A stretch of 64,000 nucleotides of DNA from Octopus sinensis (lineage: Eukaryota). Positions 41,580 through 54,793 of this stretch are shown here, in pieces (within the stretch, counting starts at the first letter, position 1; each line of letters begins with the position of its first letter). A program made the position numbers and the translations under genes. The notes beneath the pieces are model-generated. The model was not told where the DNA came from. It worked only from the letters and a program-made list of their open reading frames with translations, and ran no database searches. Where the stretch lies: contig NC_043002.1 of assembly GCF_006345805.1 (NCBI RefSeq), positions 64,542,001 to 64,606,000 on the forward strand. The letters run 5' to 3'.

Positions 41580-41766
41580 TATAGTGAGAGTTCACAAAAA
41601 AAGCAAAAGACTAAGAGAGGTGGTGTAGAAAACAAAAACAGATGTATTAGTATAACTCTCAGGAATTGAAAAATTCTTTTACGTTTCGAGCCTACGCTCT
41701 TCTACAGAAAGGAAAGAGAGAGAAACAAGGAGACAAAACAAGGACAGAAATCAATGTGTGTAGTAG

Positions 41767-41770
<4 letters not shown>
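41580..41770 (-). mobile_element. Repeat family A copy
   Basis: Minus-strand CTTTCTGTAGAAGAGCGTAGGCTCGAAACGTAAAAG. Confidence 0.8.
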
Positions 41771-41828
<58 letters not shown>

Positions 41829-42006
41829 ATATATATATAATTATGTATGTATGTATGTATATATGCATATAAGGAATTATGATAGTCTTATTCTAATTAT
41901 AATTTATGTATATGTGTTTAGGAGGGGATTTTATACACCTCTCTATTTACATCACACACACGCGCACACACACATCCATAGATACACATATATGTATTTG
42001 TACGTG

Positions 42007-42073
<67 letters not shown>

Positions 42074-42096
42074 CTATATACATATATATACATATG

Positions 42097-42130
<34 letters not shown>

Positions 42131-42131
42131 T

Positions 42132-42198
<67 letters not shown>

Positions 42199-42269
42199 TA
42201 TATGTATATATATATATGCATGTATACGTATCTTTCGCTGCATCTATCTATCTCTCTTTATTATATTAA

Positions 42270-42450
42270 TAGTGAGAATTTACCAAAATACAATTTACGA
42301 AGACTGGTATGTAAACAACAAACAGATGTATTAGTTTAACGCTGAGGAAATGAGGAAGTCTTTTACGTTTCGAGTCTACGCTCTTCAACAGAAACGAACA
42401 CAGAAATAAACAGGAAGAGAAAATAGAAAAATGTATAGTGGCTAGTGATT
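42270..42450 (-). mobile_element. Repeat family A copy
   Basis: Minus-strand TTTCTGTTGAAGAGCGTAGACTCGAAACGTAAAAG. Confidence 0.8.
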
Positions 42451-43299
42451 TACATACATATATGAATACGTATCTGTCTATTTATGTATGTGTATATATA
42501 TATATATACCCTACACACACATACACATAGATATATCTGTGTGTGTATATGTACATAATAGGAAATGCATCCCTCTTTTGGACGGTTTATGTTGCTTTGT
42601 GGTATATTTTTTCACCAAACAATTGAACTACTGAGAAGGTTTATGAGTATCAAGGCAATGTATGTTTCCCATTAACCAAAGTAGATCTACTGATGTGTAT
42701 CGGGTGTACAGTACGGATAATGACTACAAAATATAATTATTTTATATGAATGTGAAATTTCTTGTCAGAAAGAACCACATAAAATATGTAAGGAATTTGA
42801 AGGAAGAGATTGAAACTTTACATCTTGAGTTTTACTCAGTTTTATTCAACAGCAAAGGGACCTGGTTTTCGAAAAGATAAGCTAACAAAGGACCCTTTAT
42901 TCTGTATTCCCACATGGCCTGCCCATAAACAATCATTGAATGCCGCATAAAGTTAAATAGGCATGGAGTTTTCAATAAGACACCTATAGCTTTCGGTAGT
43001 AGAAGCAACAAAACTCTCATTTAAAAGTTGATTCTTCGGGAGGAATTATATATGATAGTTTAAAAAAGCCTGAACGACAATGCTAAAACATACTTGAAAC
43101 AATGAGCAATAGTGTACATATCATAATAGATAGGTAAACAAGCATCCTTAACGTGGAACAATGCATTCGTAGGTAAACAAATGTATCATCAAATAGAACA
43201 GAGGGAAGGGAACATCAAATGTAAGCTTGCCAAAGTATAATGTAGTTCGAATATTCAGATTAAGATTGTTTGGTATAGGATATTCATCGTGTACCGTGT

Positions 43300-43700
43300 T
43301 TCTAGTCAATTAAATCAAAATGGCAGGTGTACAGTCGAAATAAATAGAGAAAATGCAAGTAATGTGTGTATAAAGTTTGGCGAAATCGGTTGAAAATCGT
43401 GGAAATGCTTGCGTTCGGTGTTCCTAGCCAATTCAGTCACCGTGGCAGGTGAACAGACGAAATAAATAAATAGACAAAATCCTTTCACTTAAAAAAAAAA
43501 GATTTAAAAAGTATGGAAGACCTTACATATAAAATAACTATGTCAATTTGCGTCCATTTACGAGTGAGCTCTGGGCAAAATGTTATAATCCATGACTATC
43601 AAAAGTGATGTGTGCGTAAACTTTGGTGAAAATCGGCTGTGAATTGTGGAAACGTATGCTTTAATCATTATACAGACATACTGTGATTTATGTATTCTAT
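43300..43700 (-). mobile_element. Helitron-related non-autonomous fragment (two subrepeats)
   Basis: AAGTTTGGCGAAATCGGTTGAAAATCGTGG and AACTTTGGTGAAAATCGGCTGTGAATTGTGG resemble the reverse complement of the 5' region of the 13643 Helitron. Termini not resolved. Confidence 0.45.
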
Positions 43701-44016
43701 ATATATATATATGTATATATTATATATATATTTATATATATACACATATATATTATATATATTATATATAATTAATTAATAAGGGTGAGAGAATACATGG
43801 GAAACATGTATTTTCGTGGTTGAAACCTTTTGGATTAACTGGTGCTAGAGTGAGCAATATAGTGACCACTCTCTTATATTTATATTATATATATATATAT
43901 TATATATATATATGCATATAATATATATGTATATATATTTATAAACACATACAGGCACACATGTATATATATGTGTGTGTGCGCGTGTTTGTGTGTGTGT
44001 GTGTGTATATATATTA

Positions 44017-44068
<52 letters not shown>

Positions 44069-44070
44069 CC

Positions 44071-44110
<40 letters not shown>

Positions 44111-44504
44111 GATTATGAATGGTCTTCAACATGAATTGTATTTAATCAAAATGAAGATGAGGACGGATGTACCAAGAATTTTAATCTATACAAGTCTGTT
44201 CATCAGATATGAGAGTTGTCTGCATACAGTTATAGCCGAATTGTGTAGGTGTCGTGTGTGTGCAACTTAATTAAAATTTAAGATTTGGCGAAAGACAAAT
44301 TACATCGCAATAATCTGATCAATTTATAATTATAACACACGCATACACACACGCAGGCATACAGACAACACGCACACACTCACACACACATGCTAACATG
44401 CATATGTAGATGCATACACATATATAAATGTTCTTATATATTGTGTTATAGTGTGTGTGTATGTGTATGCGGGTACAGGTATATGGCTCAGCAGTTAAGC
44501 TTAC

Positions 44505-44579
<75 letters not shown>

Positions 44580-44634
44580 TATGTATGTATGTATGTATGT
44601 ATATATATAAAAATATATACATATATATATATGT

Positions 44635-44687
<53 letters not shown>

Positions 44688-45494
44688 CACGTGCGTCTAG
44701 TTGGCCCCCTAAAAATGGCCATCCCAAAATATAACACCATCTGTTTCAACATACTATTTCACATTAGGTATCTTACAACAAAATACATATACATATGTGT
44801 ATGTGTGTCTGTGTGTATACGTGTGATTTGACAAACTAGAGTAAAAAGCACCCAGTCTATTTGTAGGGGTTATAAGGTGATATTCAAAGCAGTTTGATTC
44901 GGTTCTGTGCTACTTTGAGTTGCACAGACCCCCTAGCGAGACCCGAATCCTTCATCACATTTAACAATTCCACCTTTAAAATTTCCTGCATTTTGATCTG
45001 AAATCCAATATATCTTTCCACCCTCATGAAGGAATCTAGATTTATCCAACGTGCATTTGGAGTAGTATATTTTGGTGAACTATATCTACCAACATCATGA
45101 TGGATGCTCCCTCCCTCAGAAACATATTATAATGTCCATCTTATAATACCTTATCTCTTTCCCTTCTGCTTTCTCTGTCGGTTGTACTATGCAGTTTGAT
45201 CTATTAATATATATACCTATATATTAATTCTTAAATATCCATTGTCTCAAAATCTTTATTCTTTTGGGGTTTGTATGTAAACATATATATTTGTTATATC
45301 AAATCCAAGCTGTTATATCTAATTTTTTATCCAAATAATTTTCTTCATATCTGTTCACCTGGATTGCTCTCATAGCTACTCGTGTAATTGGTCCCTCGTA
45401 AGGATATCGGAGTCTAACTTCGAATCATTTGAACGCTCCTACTTTGTATACCGAGAGTCTTTGGAACACATCTGCTGATTATATATATATATAG

Positions 45495-47315
45495 TGTGAT
45501 ACAGGAAATACTAACACAATTGGATCGTCGTACTACTATATTCCTGATGAGTGTTTTCAACGTTCCCAACATTAAGTGGCCTGAAAGTAACGTAAGCCCA
45601 GGAATCTCTATTTGACCTTACCAAAATGCTATTCATGGAGCAGGTAATATTCTGTCGAACCAGTTACAAAAATATGCTGGACTTCTGTTTTACAAACAAT
45701 ATGTAAATTGTCCGTAAATATATCACCGACAATATTCTCAGTCCATAACATGAGAGAACTGATAACGTATGGCCTGGAATTAACTAAACATAAAGTCAGA
45801 TGGCGCTCAAGCCCTAAGTAGCCTAAATTTCTATTAGACTGACTGGAAGTCACTTGAAAAAGAGATACCTCATCAGGACTGGCCTACAAGCCTCTCTACG
45901 CAAGAAACTCAATAAATTTCAATCAAAATGCGAGCCATATGCATTAAATATGTCCAAGAGAAGAGAGCCAATACACACGAAAACATCATTAACCGAGACA
46001 GGAGAATACTCATGTAGGGGAGAATAAAGATCTCGAAATAAATACATAAATGACTGTATAAAATCCCACCTGACTTGACAGAGGAACTCTTCGAGATAGA
46101 AATTAAACTGAAAATCTCCCACGAAAAACAAAGAGAAGAAAGAAAGAGAAACCTGGACACTCGAAAAGATAAGAAGAAATCTTAAAGCCTTCTACAGGTT
46201 GGCAAAGGAGTCTGATTCTGTACGCTATAAAATAGGGTCACTATTTGATAAAAATGGCTCACTAACTGCAGACCCGGGGAAGATAACTGAAGCACTAAAT
46301 AAACAATTCCGAAGTGTTTTCCCGTCTTCATTGGAAATACCATATAAACAAGCCTAAGGGGTTTTCAATGTAGCGAGTCTATTCAGAAAAGAGGCATGCA
46401 TCGATTACATCAACATAACAGAGGAGGATATAATGTCAGCTATTGATGAGATGAGATGAAACTCAGCAACAGGCCCAGATGGACTCCCGGCTGTTCTCTT
46501 AAATACTTGTTAACATGCTCTTGCAAAGCAACTGCAGAGACCATTTCAGAGGTTCGTTGCATGTGGTAAATTTCCCAAATGCTAAATGAGGGTATAATAT
46601 GCCCTTTCCATAAAGGAGGTAGCAGAGCAGATGCTGAAAACTACAGGCCCATCTTTCTGATCTCTCATGTTAGCAAGACAATGGAACGCATTGTCAGAAA
46701 ATGGTTGATCACGTTTTAGAAGAAAACGACCTTCTCAGAAACATGCAACATGGCTTCCGTCCAGGAAGGAGCTGCCTTACACAGATACTGCAGCATTTTG
46801 ACTAGGTACTGAAGCAACAGCTGAACCAGTTAACTGTAGACGTGATATGCCTCGACTTTACCAAGGTCTTCGACAACGTTGATCCTGGCATGACATGTCA
46901 TAAGCTGCGAAACCTTGGTATTACTGGGAAACTGGGAGAGTGGCTGTAGGATTTTCTGAAGGACAGGAGTTAGTCAGTTGTAGCCAATGGTCCTCATTGT
47001 GAAGAGACATCAATTCTCAGCAGAATCCCACAGCGAACCGTACTGGGGCCACTACTATTTGTGGTAACCCTCTCAGACATGCCCCCCCCCCTCCCCGCAA
47101 TACAGTCAACCAATCTGATCAGTTACGCTGACGACACAAATGTATCGCAGGCAGTTAAGAACCCAGAGGACATAATAAAACTGCAGAAAAACCTTAATGA
47201 AATATACATACAAACAAAACATACAGTTCAATGCTATGAGATTTCAGGCACACCACTATCGGTCCAACACTAGACTAAAATCGAAATATACTGGACCAGA
47301 AGGTGATACGATCCT
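45495..47315 (+). mobile_element. CR1/L2-type LINE ORF2 relic (endonuclease C-terminus plus reverse transcriptase)
   Basis: FNVPNIKWP, NMLDFCFTNN, ATGPDGLP, HKGGSRADAENYRPI, QHGFRPGRSCLTQ, LDFTKVFD, VLGPLLF, YADDT. Many stops and frameshifts. Confidence 0.92.
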
Positions 47316-47364
47316 ATATAGTTATGTCAGATATAGTTATGTCAGATTGCTGACATAACTATAT

Positions 47365-48660
47365 TGGTCAGACAAATATGGCAGACAGAATACTACATTA
47401 AACCTAGTAGTATCAATTACGAAAAAGTTGTAAACTATCAAAAAATAAACAGTGAAAGATGTTGCAGCTTTCCTTCATCTAATTGGAAAATGTCTGACAG
47501 AAAAAAGAAATAGATTATATCACGAACTTTAAATGCAAGCCTAGTCTTTTTAACGGCCTACCTAAAATAAATAAAATCAAGATATTTATTGAAGCCTGCA
47601 AACAATCACCTGGTAAATAAATAAATACCCTAGCGCCAGAAGATTTAATGTTAAGACACATTATAGCTGGCCCAGCCTGTGAAACCAATCGCCTAAGCAA
47701 TTTTCTAGACATCCTACTGAAACCCTTGCAGAAATACATTAAATGTTTCATTACAAACGATCTAGACATGTTTAAGTACCTATCCAAACAACTAAGGAAG
47801 AGATATTGGTTTCCATCGATGTCATTAATCTTTAAACCAATAACCGACAGGACTATGGAATACAGGAAATAAAATTCTAGCTGGAAAAGTACTCCGAAAA
47901 ACTCCCAGAACGCGTAAGCCAGTCTTTTATTATTGAAACATTAAAATTTATATTTTAGAGCACTTATTTCCTATTTGAAACCTACTATTGTCAAAGCCTT
48001 GGAATTACGATCGGAACGAAAGCAGCCCCTATTCTCGCGAAACTAATAATGGGATATTTAGAATTCACCATATATTAAGTTTCATTGCAAAAATATGGAC
48101 ATCCATTTCACCATTCTATGAGAGAATGGTGGAAAAGATCCCTGAATGGCTGCTGTATCATTTGGAAGGAGACCATTGATAAACTTTAGCAAAAGAGACA
48201 TGCACATTAGTGTCTGTCTAATGAAAATACACGAGACCACCGTCTTCAAGACCTCAGAATAGCACTAACTGAGAGACAATATCTACCCTAACTTATAGTT
48301 GATGGAATTAAGCATGCCAAAAAATTTGGTATTAAACACCAAGGGAAACAAAACGTAGCACCACACCACCTCTCAAAACACTACCGTATATATCAACTCA
48401 CAATCCTAGAAACAATAAGGCATACAACACTATTACACAAATTCTGCCTCTGCTCTCTAGGGATACAAAGATGAACAACAGTCTAAACACACATGAATTC
48501 ATCAAATGCATAAAGCAACACAAATCGCTGAAAATACTTCTGACAATTGCGAAGTTTTCCACCACAACCGCGAAACCAATGATTTTAAAATGTGTACGTC
48601 CAAAATGCGGAATTGCCTCAACCTGCAAGAAGGTTCTGAATTCCTAATGCAACAAGGAGA
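47365..48660 (+). mobile_element. Penelope-like element ORF relic (RT plus Cys linker, truncated before GIY-YIG)
   Basis: IIAGPACETNRLSNFLDILLKPL, GITIGTKAAPILAKLIMGYLE, and KCVRPKCG-CLNLQEG across a frameshift. Confidence 0.85.
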
Positions 48661-48883
48661 GAGGTTCGCATATATATATGTTTCAATATACTCAGTTGTT
48701 CATTTCTTTCTATATACTTATATGTATACACACCCCTTTTTATGCTGTTACCAGCTTTTTCCACTCGGTAATCTGTATTACTCATACAAGTGTGTGTGTA
48801 TTCATCATTTACACTTGAATAAAAAGACATACTCGAATGTTTACTGGCTGATGTCTTTCCATTTATATCTTCTCCGTTTCCTC

Positions 48884-48934
<51 letters not shown>

Positions 48935-48939
<5 letters not shown>

Positions 48940-49432
48940 GAAAGAATGGAGTCGAACGAAGATGTTAACAAAATTCCTTTACTCTCGACACATGTTTCGA
49001 AGACAGCATATTTTCATTCCAAAGGAATAAAGGGTGCATTTTGCAATCTTCTCATTAGGAAAGAAACAAAAGTAACTCAGTAACACAAGCACACACCCAC
49101 ACATTTCCATACATACAGCAAACATACTGTTCCCTACCTATTATTACTTTATCCCTTCTCTTCCTCCTACTATCTATTTTTGACGTCAATTCTTCTAACG
49201 GATTTTTTTTTAAAAACACTCATTATCGCTTTGTTTACCATGTAGGCAATCATCGAAATTTTAGTTTGTCTTGTTGTCGAGAGAGGCTCCCTTTCTTTCC
49301 TGATGAGAAGATTGTATAATGCACCCTTTATTCCTTTAGAATGAAATTATGCTGTCTTCGAAACATGTGTCGAGAGTAAAGGAATTTTGTTAACATCTTC
49401 GTTCGACTCTATTTTTCATTTATTCATATACA
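48935..49432. mobile_element. Penelope-type inverted pLTR pair (about 135-bp arms, roughly 94% identical, about 215-bp spacer)
   Basis: 48937-49070 is the reverse complement of 49291-49425. Adjoins (TA)n. Confidence 0.8.
49295..49376 (+). ncRNA. Minimal type I hammerhead ribozyme with canonical core
   Basis: Helix I CTTTC/GAGAG, CTGATGA core, helix II GAAGA/TCTTC, GAAA, 2-bp helix III with palindromic ACATGT, GTC cleavage triplet (cut after 49371). Confidence 0.75.
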
Positions 49433-49577
49433 ACACACAAATTTCTACACATGAACCCGGAGTTTGTACCCTTGACAGGTCGCTTCAACCGTGTTTTCTG
49501 ACGTGAATTTGCTACCCAGGCTTCGGTTAAACGAATTTTCCATGCTGACGATAAACATAGGATAATTCATTCACCTA

Positions 49578-49627
<50 letters not shown>

Positions 49628-49944
49628 AAAACATACAAAGTGGGACAAGTACGCAAAATATTTAGAAGACGATACAAAAAATACGGACGGGACATTCGAA
49701 GCCTTCATTCTTCAGTCAAGAACCGGATCATCCTCGCAATTTCGGCTGATTAATCTTGAGATTAAGAAACCGTAAAAACAGAGGTTGTAATCTTCCTCAT
49801 TTGTTTCATTCTCAAGATTAATCAGCCGAAATTGCGAGGATGATCCGGTTCTTGACTGAAGATTGAAGGCTTCGAATGTCCCATCCGTATTTTTTGTATC
49901 GTCTTCTAAATGTGTTGTGTTCTTCTCCCAGTTTGTATTGTTTT
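49628..49944. repeat. Inverted repeat (about 135-bp arms) whose 50-bp spacer is an inverted copy of 50291-50340
   Basis: Direct comparison of arms and spacer. Flanked by (TA)n. Probably Penelope-derived. Confidence 0.85.
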
Positions 49945-49947
49945 ACA

Positions 49948-50002
<55 letters not shown>

Positions 50003-50022
50003 CGGCTTACGTACCCTTTGTC

Positions 50023-50055
<33 letters not shown>

Positions 50056-52129
50056 ATATTATATATATATACATACACGTGTGTGTATGCGTATCTCTTC
50101 TAGGGCTTGTTATTTTTGCTGGTATTGTTTTTTTTCACTTTTTAATACAAATACATTTATAAATATCTAATAAAGTATACTACACCGAAATTTAAATTTA
50201 TTCCCTTCTAACATTGAATTATGTAAGATTCCGATATTAACAATATGTATATATGAATATCGGAACCTCCAATCTGGTGAAGTTAGAACTCTTGAATGAA
50301 ACAAATGAGCAAGATTACAACCTCTGTTTTACGGTTTCTTCAGAATTACTACTATTTGCTACTGACATTTAACTGTGATGATTAATCAGTTAACTTTAAG
50401 ATATTTGAGAATTTGTTCATTTTTTTTATCAAGAATATTATCAAATGTCATGGATATCCATATGTCGTAAAACAATATTTAATACATACAGAGAGAATTT
50501 ATTTCTCATATAATTTCTTTAACAATATATGACAAATGTTATTGCGTTCTTGGTTATCGTTTAAGTGTTAATGAGCTGTGTGCACTTGCATGCACTCTAT
50601 TCCAGGTTGACACGTAAGTAACTTATCACAGCTTGCTACCATAACTTGCTAAAAATCTACAGCTCCTCTGTTGAGAATAAACACAATTTTATTTCTATGC
50701 ATGAAAACACAAGCAATAATTCTACGATTTGTTACATAATGTGGCACGAACCATAGGATTCTGGTATTTAGTGCTATATAAATACTGGTCTGTTTTTATT
50801 CTCATGCACTGTATTCATCGCCATTCCATATATCGTAATCACTACCATAACTGATTGACTGGTCAATTTGAACTCGCCAGACGTAAGTAGACGTTCCGTA
50901 CTTGCAATAGTTGCTGTTTGAGTAAACTCTGAGCAAAGGCATTCTATCTGTGGCCATTACTATTTTTATGCTTCGGCCTTATCTCTGATCACATTCCAGC
51001 GTATCTCAAGAAAATTTCTTGAAGCTGTGGAGTATAAGTGAGAGAGATATATTGCTGCAATTTGTTGCAATGATCCGATCCACCACTCGGAGATGCCCTC
51101 GTTATTTCGTGTAGCCCTATTCAGAAAGTATCATCGATACGGCACCCACAAAAGGTTTTCCTAATATATCCAATACAATGTAACGTAAGATATTTTGTAT
51201 GCGTGGTAATAGTTCCACTGACAATAATAATTTAAGATTTTATTGGTGTAAGTCATAAAATCCATTTAATCAGTGAAATCACTAGTCTTAAAATATGTAA
51301 AGAAAGACGATTATAGTAATTGATGCTGCTTTGCGACTGCAATTTCATATAATTTATAATGCTTTGTTATGCAACCCATTTAGAGATAGAATGAGTTATA
51401 TTGACAATTACATGTCATATGGAAGATTTAATAAAAACCCGGAAATTTGATGCAATATGTGAATAAACAAAAGAAAATAGTAAAATATTGCCGTCTTATC
51501 CTGAATGAATATAATGGCGGAAAAAAATTACTGTTGTACGCATTCTGCGGGAACGTTTATACCCAACGAAGTGTATCTCTACTTAATGCAATGAAAAGGA
51601 ATACCAAAGGATATTAAGAAGTATGGTAGGGGGGAAGAAAAACACTCGCTTAATGTTTAATAACTACGAGAAACAACTACGTGTGTATTTCAGACTTCAG
51701 TAGATCAATGAAACGTATCCGTGCATGCCCGATAACATATAAGAGAACCACGAAAAGAATACGTTTTAGTAGACGCAAAGCATTACCGTAGATTAGAATT
51801 AGAATTAGAGAACGAGACATCAACATTAAAAACTCGGGCTTGTTTAAGAATATCACAGTTATGTAAACGGGTAAAATTGGCGATTAATATGTGAACAGTG
51901 AGGACAGGGTAACATTAGCTCAATTACCACTTTTTATTTCATGTACGTTTCGTAACTACAGGCGAATTCTCTGGACAATATTTAATGAAATTTAATTAAA
52001 TCATTTTGTATGAGGCTTTAGGAGAAATTAATATATTGCAAGTTTTCAAGACAATATTCGGAATAAAAAAATAAATTTCAGTCTTTTTCGTAGTATCAAA
52101 AATGTTGGGGAATGTCAGCACGCTGTCTT

Positions 52130-52420
52130 ATATCCATGAAGTAATATGGCACCATTTTTTATCAGAATGCTTCAATCGTAAAAGATACGTCAAATTGCAA
52201 CATAGTTATGAAATTATTATTGCAAGACTGACTTTGCTAAATCTGTTTTGGCATTTTAAATTGAAAACTGCAATATTTTATACATTTTTCAGTATTTTTT
52301 TTTTCTTTTTTGTTTACTGAAGTCTATAAACAATGTGTCTGGCAGGTGCATATGTTTATAGATGAATCATTGTTGGTTAAATGATATTGCAAAACCATTG
52401 CATTTCCGAAAAGGATTTTC
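52130..52420 (+). mobile_element. Possible highly decayed piggyBac transposase fragment
   Basis: FLSECFNRKRY and HMFIDESLL resemble piggyBac MSRNRF and IDESLL motifs. Weak. Confidence 0.3.
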
Positions 52421-53108
52421 AGAAATTATCTCAGTCGGCTTCAGAAACAGGGAAAATACAAAGAAGGTTGAGTAGATAATCAGGTGCTTTCTGGTGATGA
52501 TCAACATCATCAGGGCAATCTTCATAAAAGAGGCTTCTGATCCAATTTACTCAAAGAAAAATGTACATGTTTTATTTACATAACGTCGTTTCAAGGATTA
52601 AACTTTAAGACGTACGTTGATTGGCAATTTTTTGCTGTTATTTTCACCTCGTTAAACTAACATGTATAATTTATTTCCCATGGCTTATAACTAGATATAT
52701 TGCATTGTATTTGAAACACCGCTGACGATCCTGGGGAAAGTGAGCTCTTCAATTAGTATGCAAGGAGAGTATAGTCTATAACATCTAGATATATCACAGA
52801 TAACAATACAAAGTTTTCTTCTAAGTACCAGTAACAAAATAAGACAATATGCAATGATGGAAAAATATTTTTTTATCTCGAATATATGTGTGTTGTTGTG
52901 TATGACTGTGCGTGGGTGTATACATGTATGTGTGTTTGTGTGTATATGTAAGTGCATGAATGCATATGAACGTATATATATCAAACATATACTATTTATC
53001 GTTTTGATCATCCAGGACACACAAACACACACACACACATATAGAAATATTAATATGACTAGAGAAAATCACACCTTTATTAAACATGACCTTATATGTA
53101 TATATATG

Positions 53109-53158
<50 letters not shown>

Positions 53159-53727
53159 CGTGTATGAAATTTTGGGTATTTGCTTGGTGGTGTATGTATG
53201 TGTACATATGTAATACGGGTGTATGAAAGTACGTGTTTAGATGCATATAAAATCTCATAAAAATGCAAATACCTGTACGTTGGATGGTGCGTGTTCGAAT
53301 ATTTATATTTGTCTATTAAAGTGTCAGAGTCAATATAAATATGAACTGAAGTATAGCAAATTAAGTGAATATAAAGCAGTATAAGTGTATGGGATAATGC
53401 GTCTGAGTCTATGCATTTCTGTTTGCACATGCGCACACGCACGTACATACCTACACTGATAAGAGTTATATACATTCACACACACACATATATATATACC
53501 AATGTACACCTATATTATAGAAATATTGATGTATATTTATCGACATATATACGTATGTATATCTATGCGTGTATATATATATTTGTTACATTTACCTACA
53601 TATGCTTATATATATATATATATATTTATATATGTGTGTGTGTGTGTATGCTGAATGCAAACGTACATAGATACATACATAGTCGCACACACTCACAGAT
53701 ACATACACGGACATATTAGGTATATAG

Positions 53728-53861
<134 letters not shown>

Positions 53862-54257
53862 GTATACCAGCACATTATTTGTCAAACGTTACAAAAGAGA
53901 ATAACTGACTGGGTGGTGAAGTTTCACAGTTCAGTGATCGCAGACATGGCTGACCTGGACTCTGCTTTGTGATGTAGGAAACCATTACACTGTAGATTCT
54001 GCAATAAAAACCTATATTCTGGCAACATTACCGACATTTTTTATATTCGCATTTCCTTTTTTCCCTTCTATTAATATTATATTATTTTATTTTACGAATC
54101 TTTTCTTGCCCATTTCTCCCGCATTTTTATTAATTGTTTTGCTTTTTTTCTTCTTATATGTTAGCTGCTTTTGATCTCCATGTATTTGTTGTTTTTTTTT
54201 ATTCATTTGTGTTTTTTTTATCTTTTTACTAGTTTTACTATATATATATATATATAA

Positions 54258-54317
<60 letters not shown>

Positions 54318-54762
54318 TATATATGTGTATATATATATATATTTGTTTCTGTAACTCGTTACCTACAAGCATCAGTTCATATCCATCATGGAAACCTATC
54401 ACGCAAAAAGAAGCAAAAGGAAAAGCTAACATCTGTAATGTGATCGGCATTTTTCTACACAACCCGAAATACACATGGGCCAGGATAAACAGAATATGCA
54501 TTACGACGCGTATAAATATACATAAAGACAAAAACAAACACATACACATTCATATATGCATACATAGTTGTGTGAGTGCGCGCGTCTGTATATATAAGAA
54601 TAGCTTATTTATATATATGTATATATACATATATATATATATGTATACACACGCACACACATATACCATTTGTAGTATTTCTCACGCATACACACACGCA
54701 TGTGTATATATCCCTGTATGTATACATACCTATGTGTGGATAATATCGTATATTTTATTTTC

Positions 54763-54793
<31 letters not shown>

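Noticed and set aside
49850-49885. CTGAAGA...CTTCGAATGTC in the 49628 inverted repeat as a hammerhead
   Set aside because: I could not build helices I and III or a GAAA in type I or type II topology.
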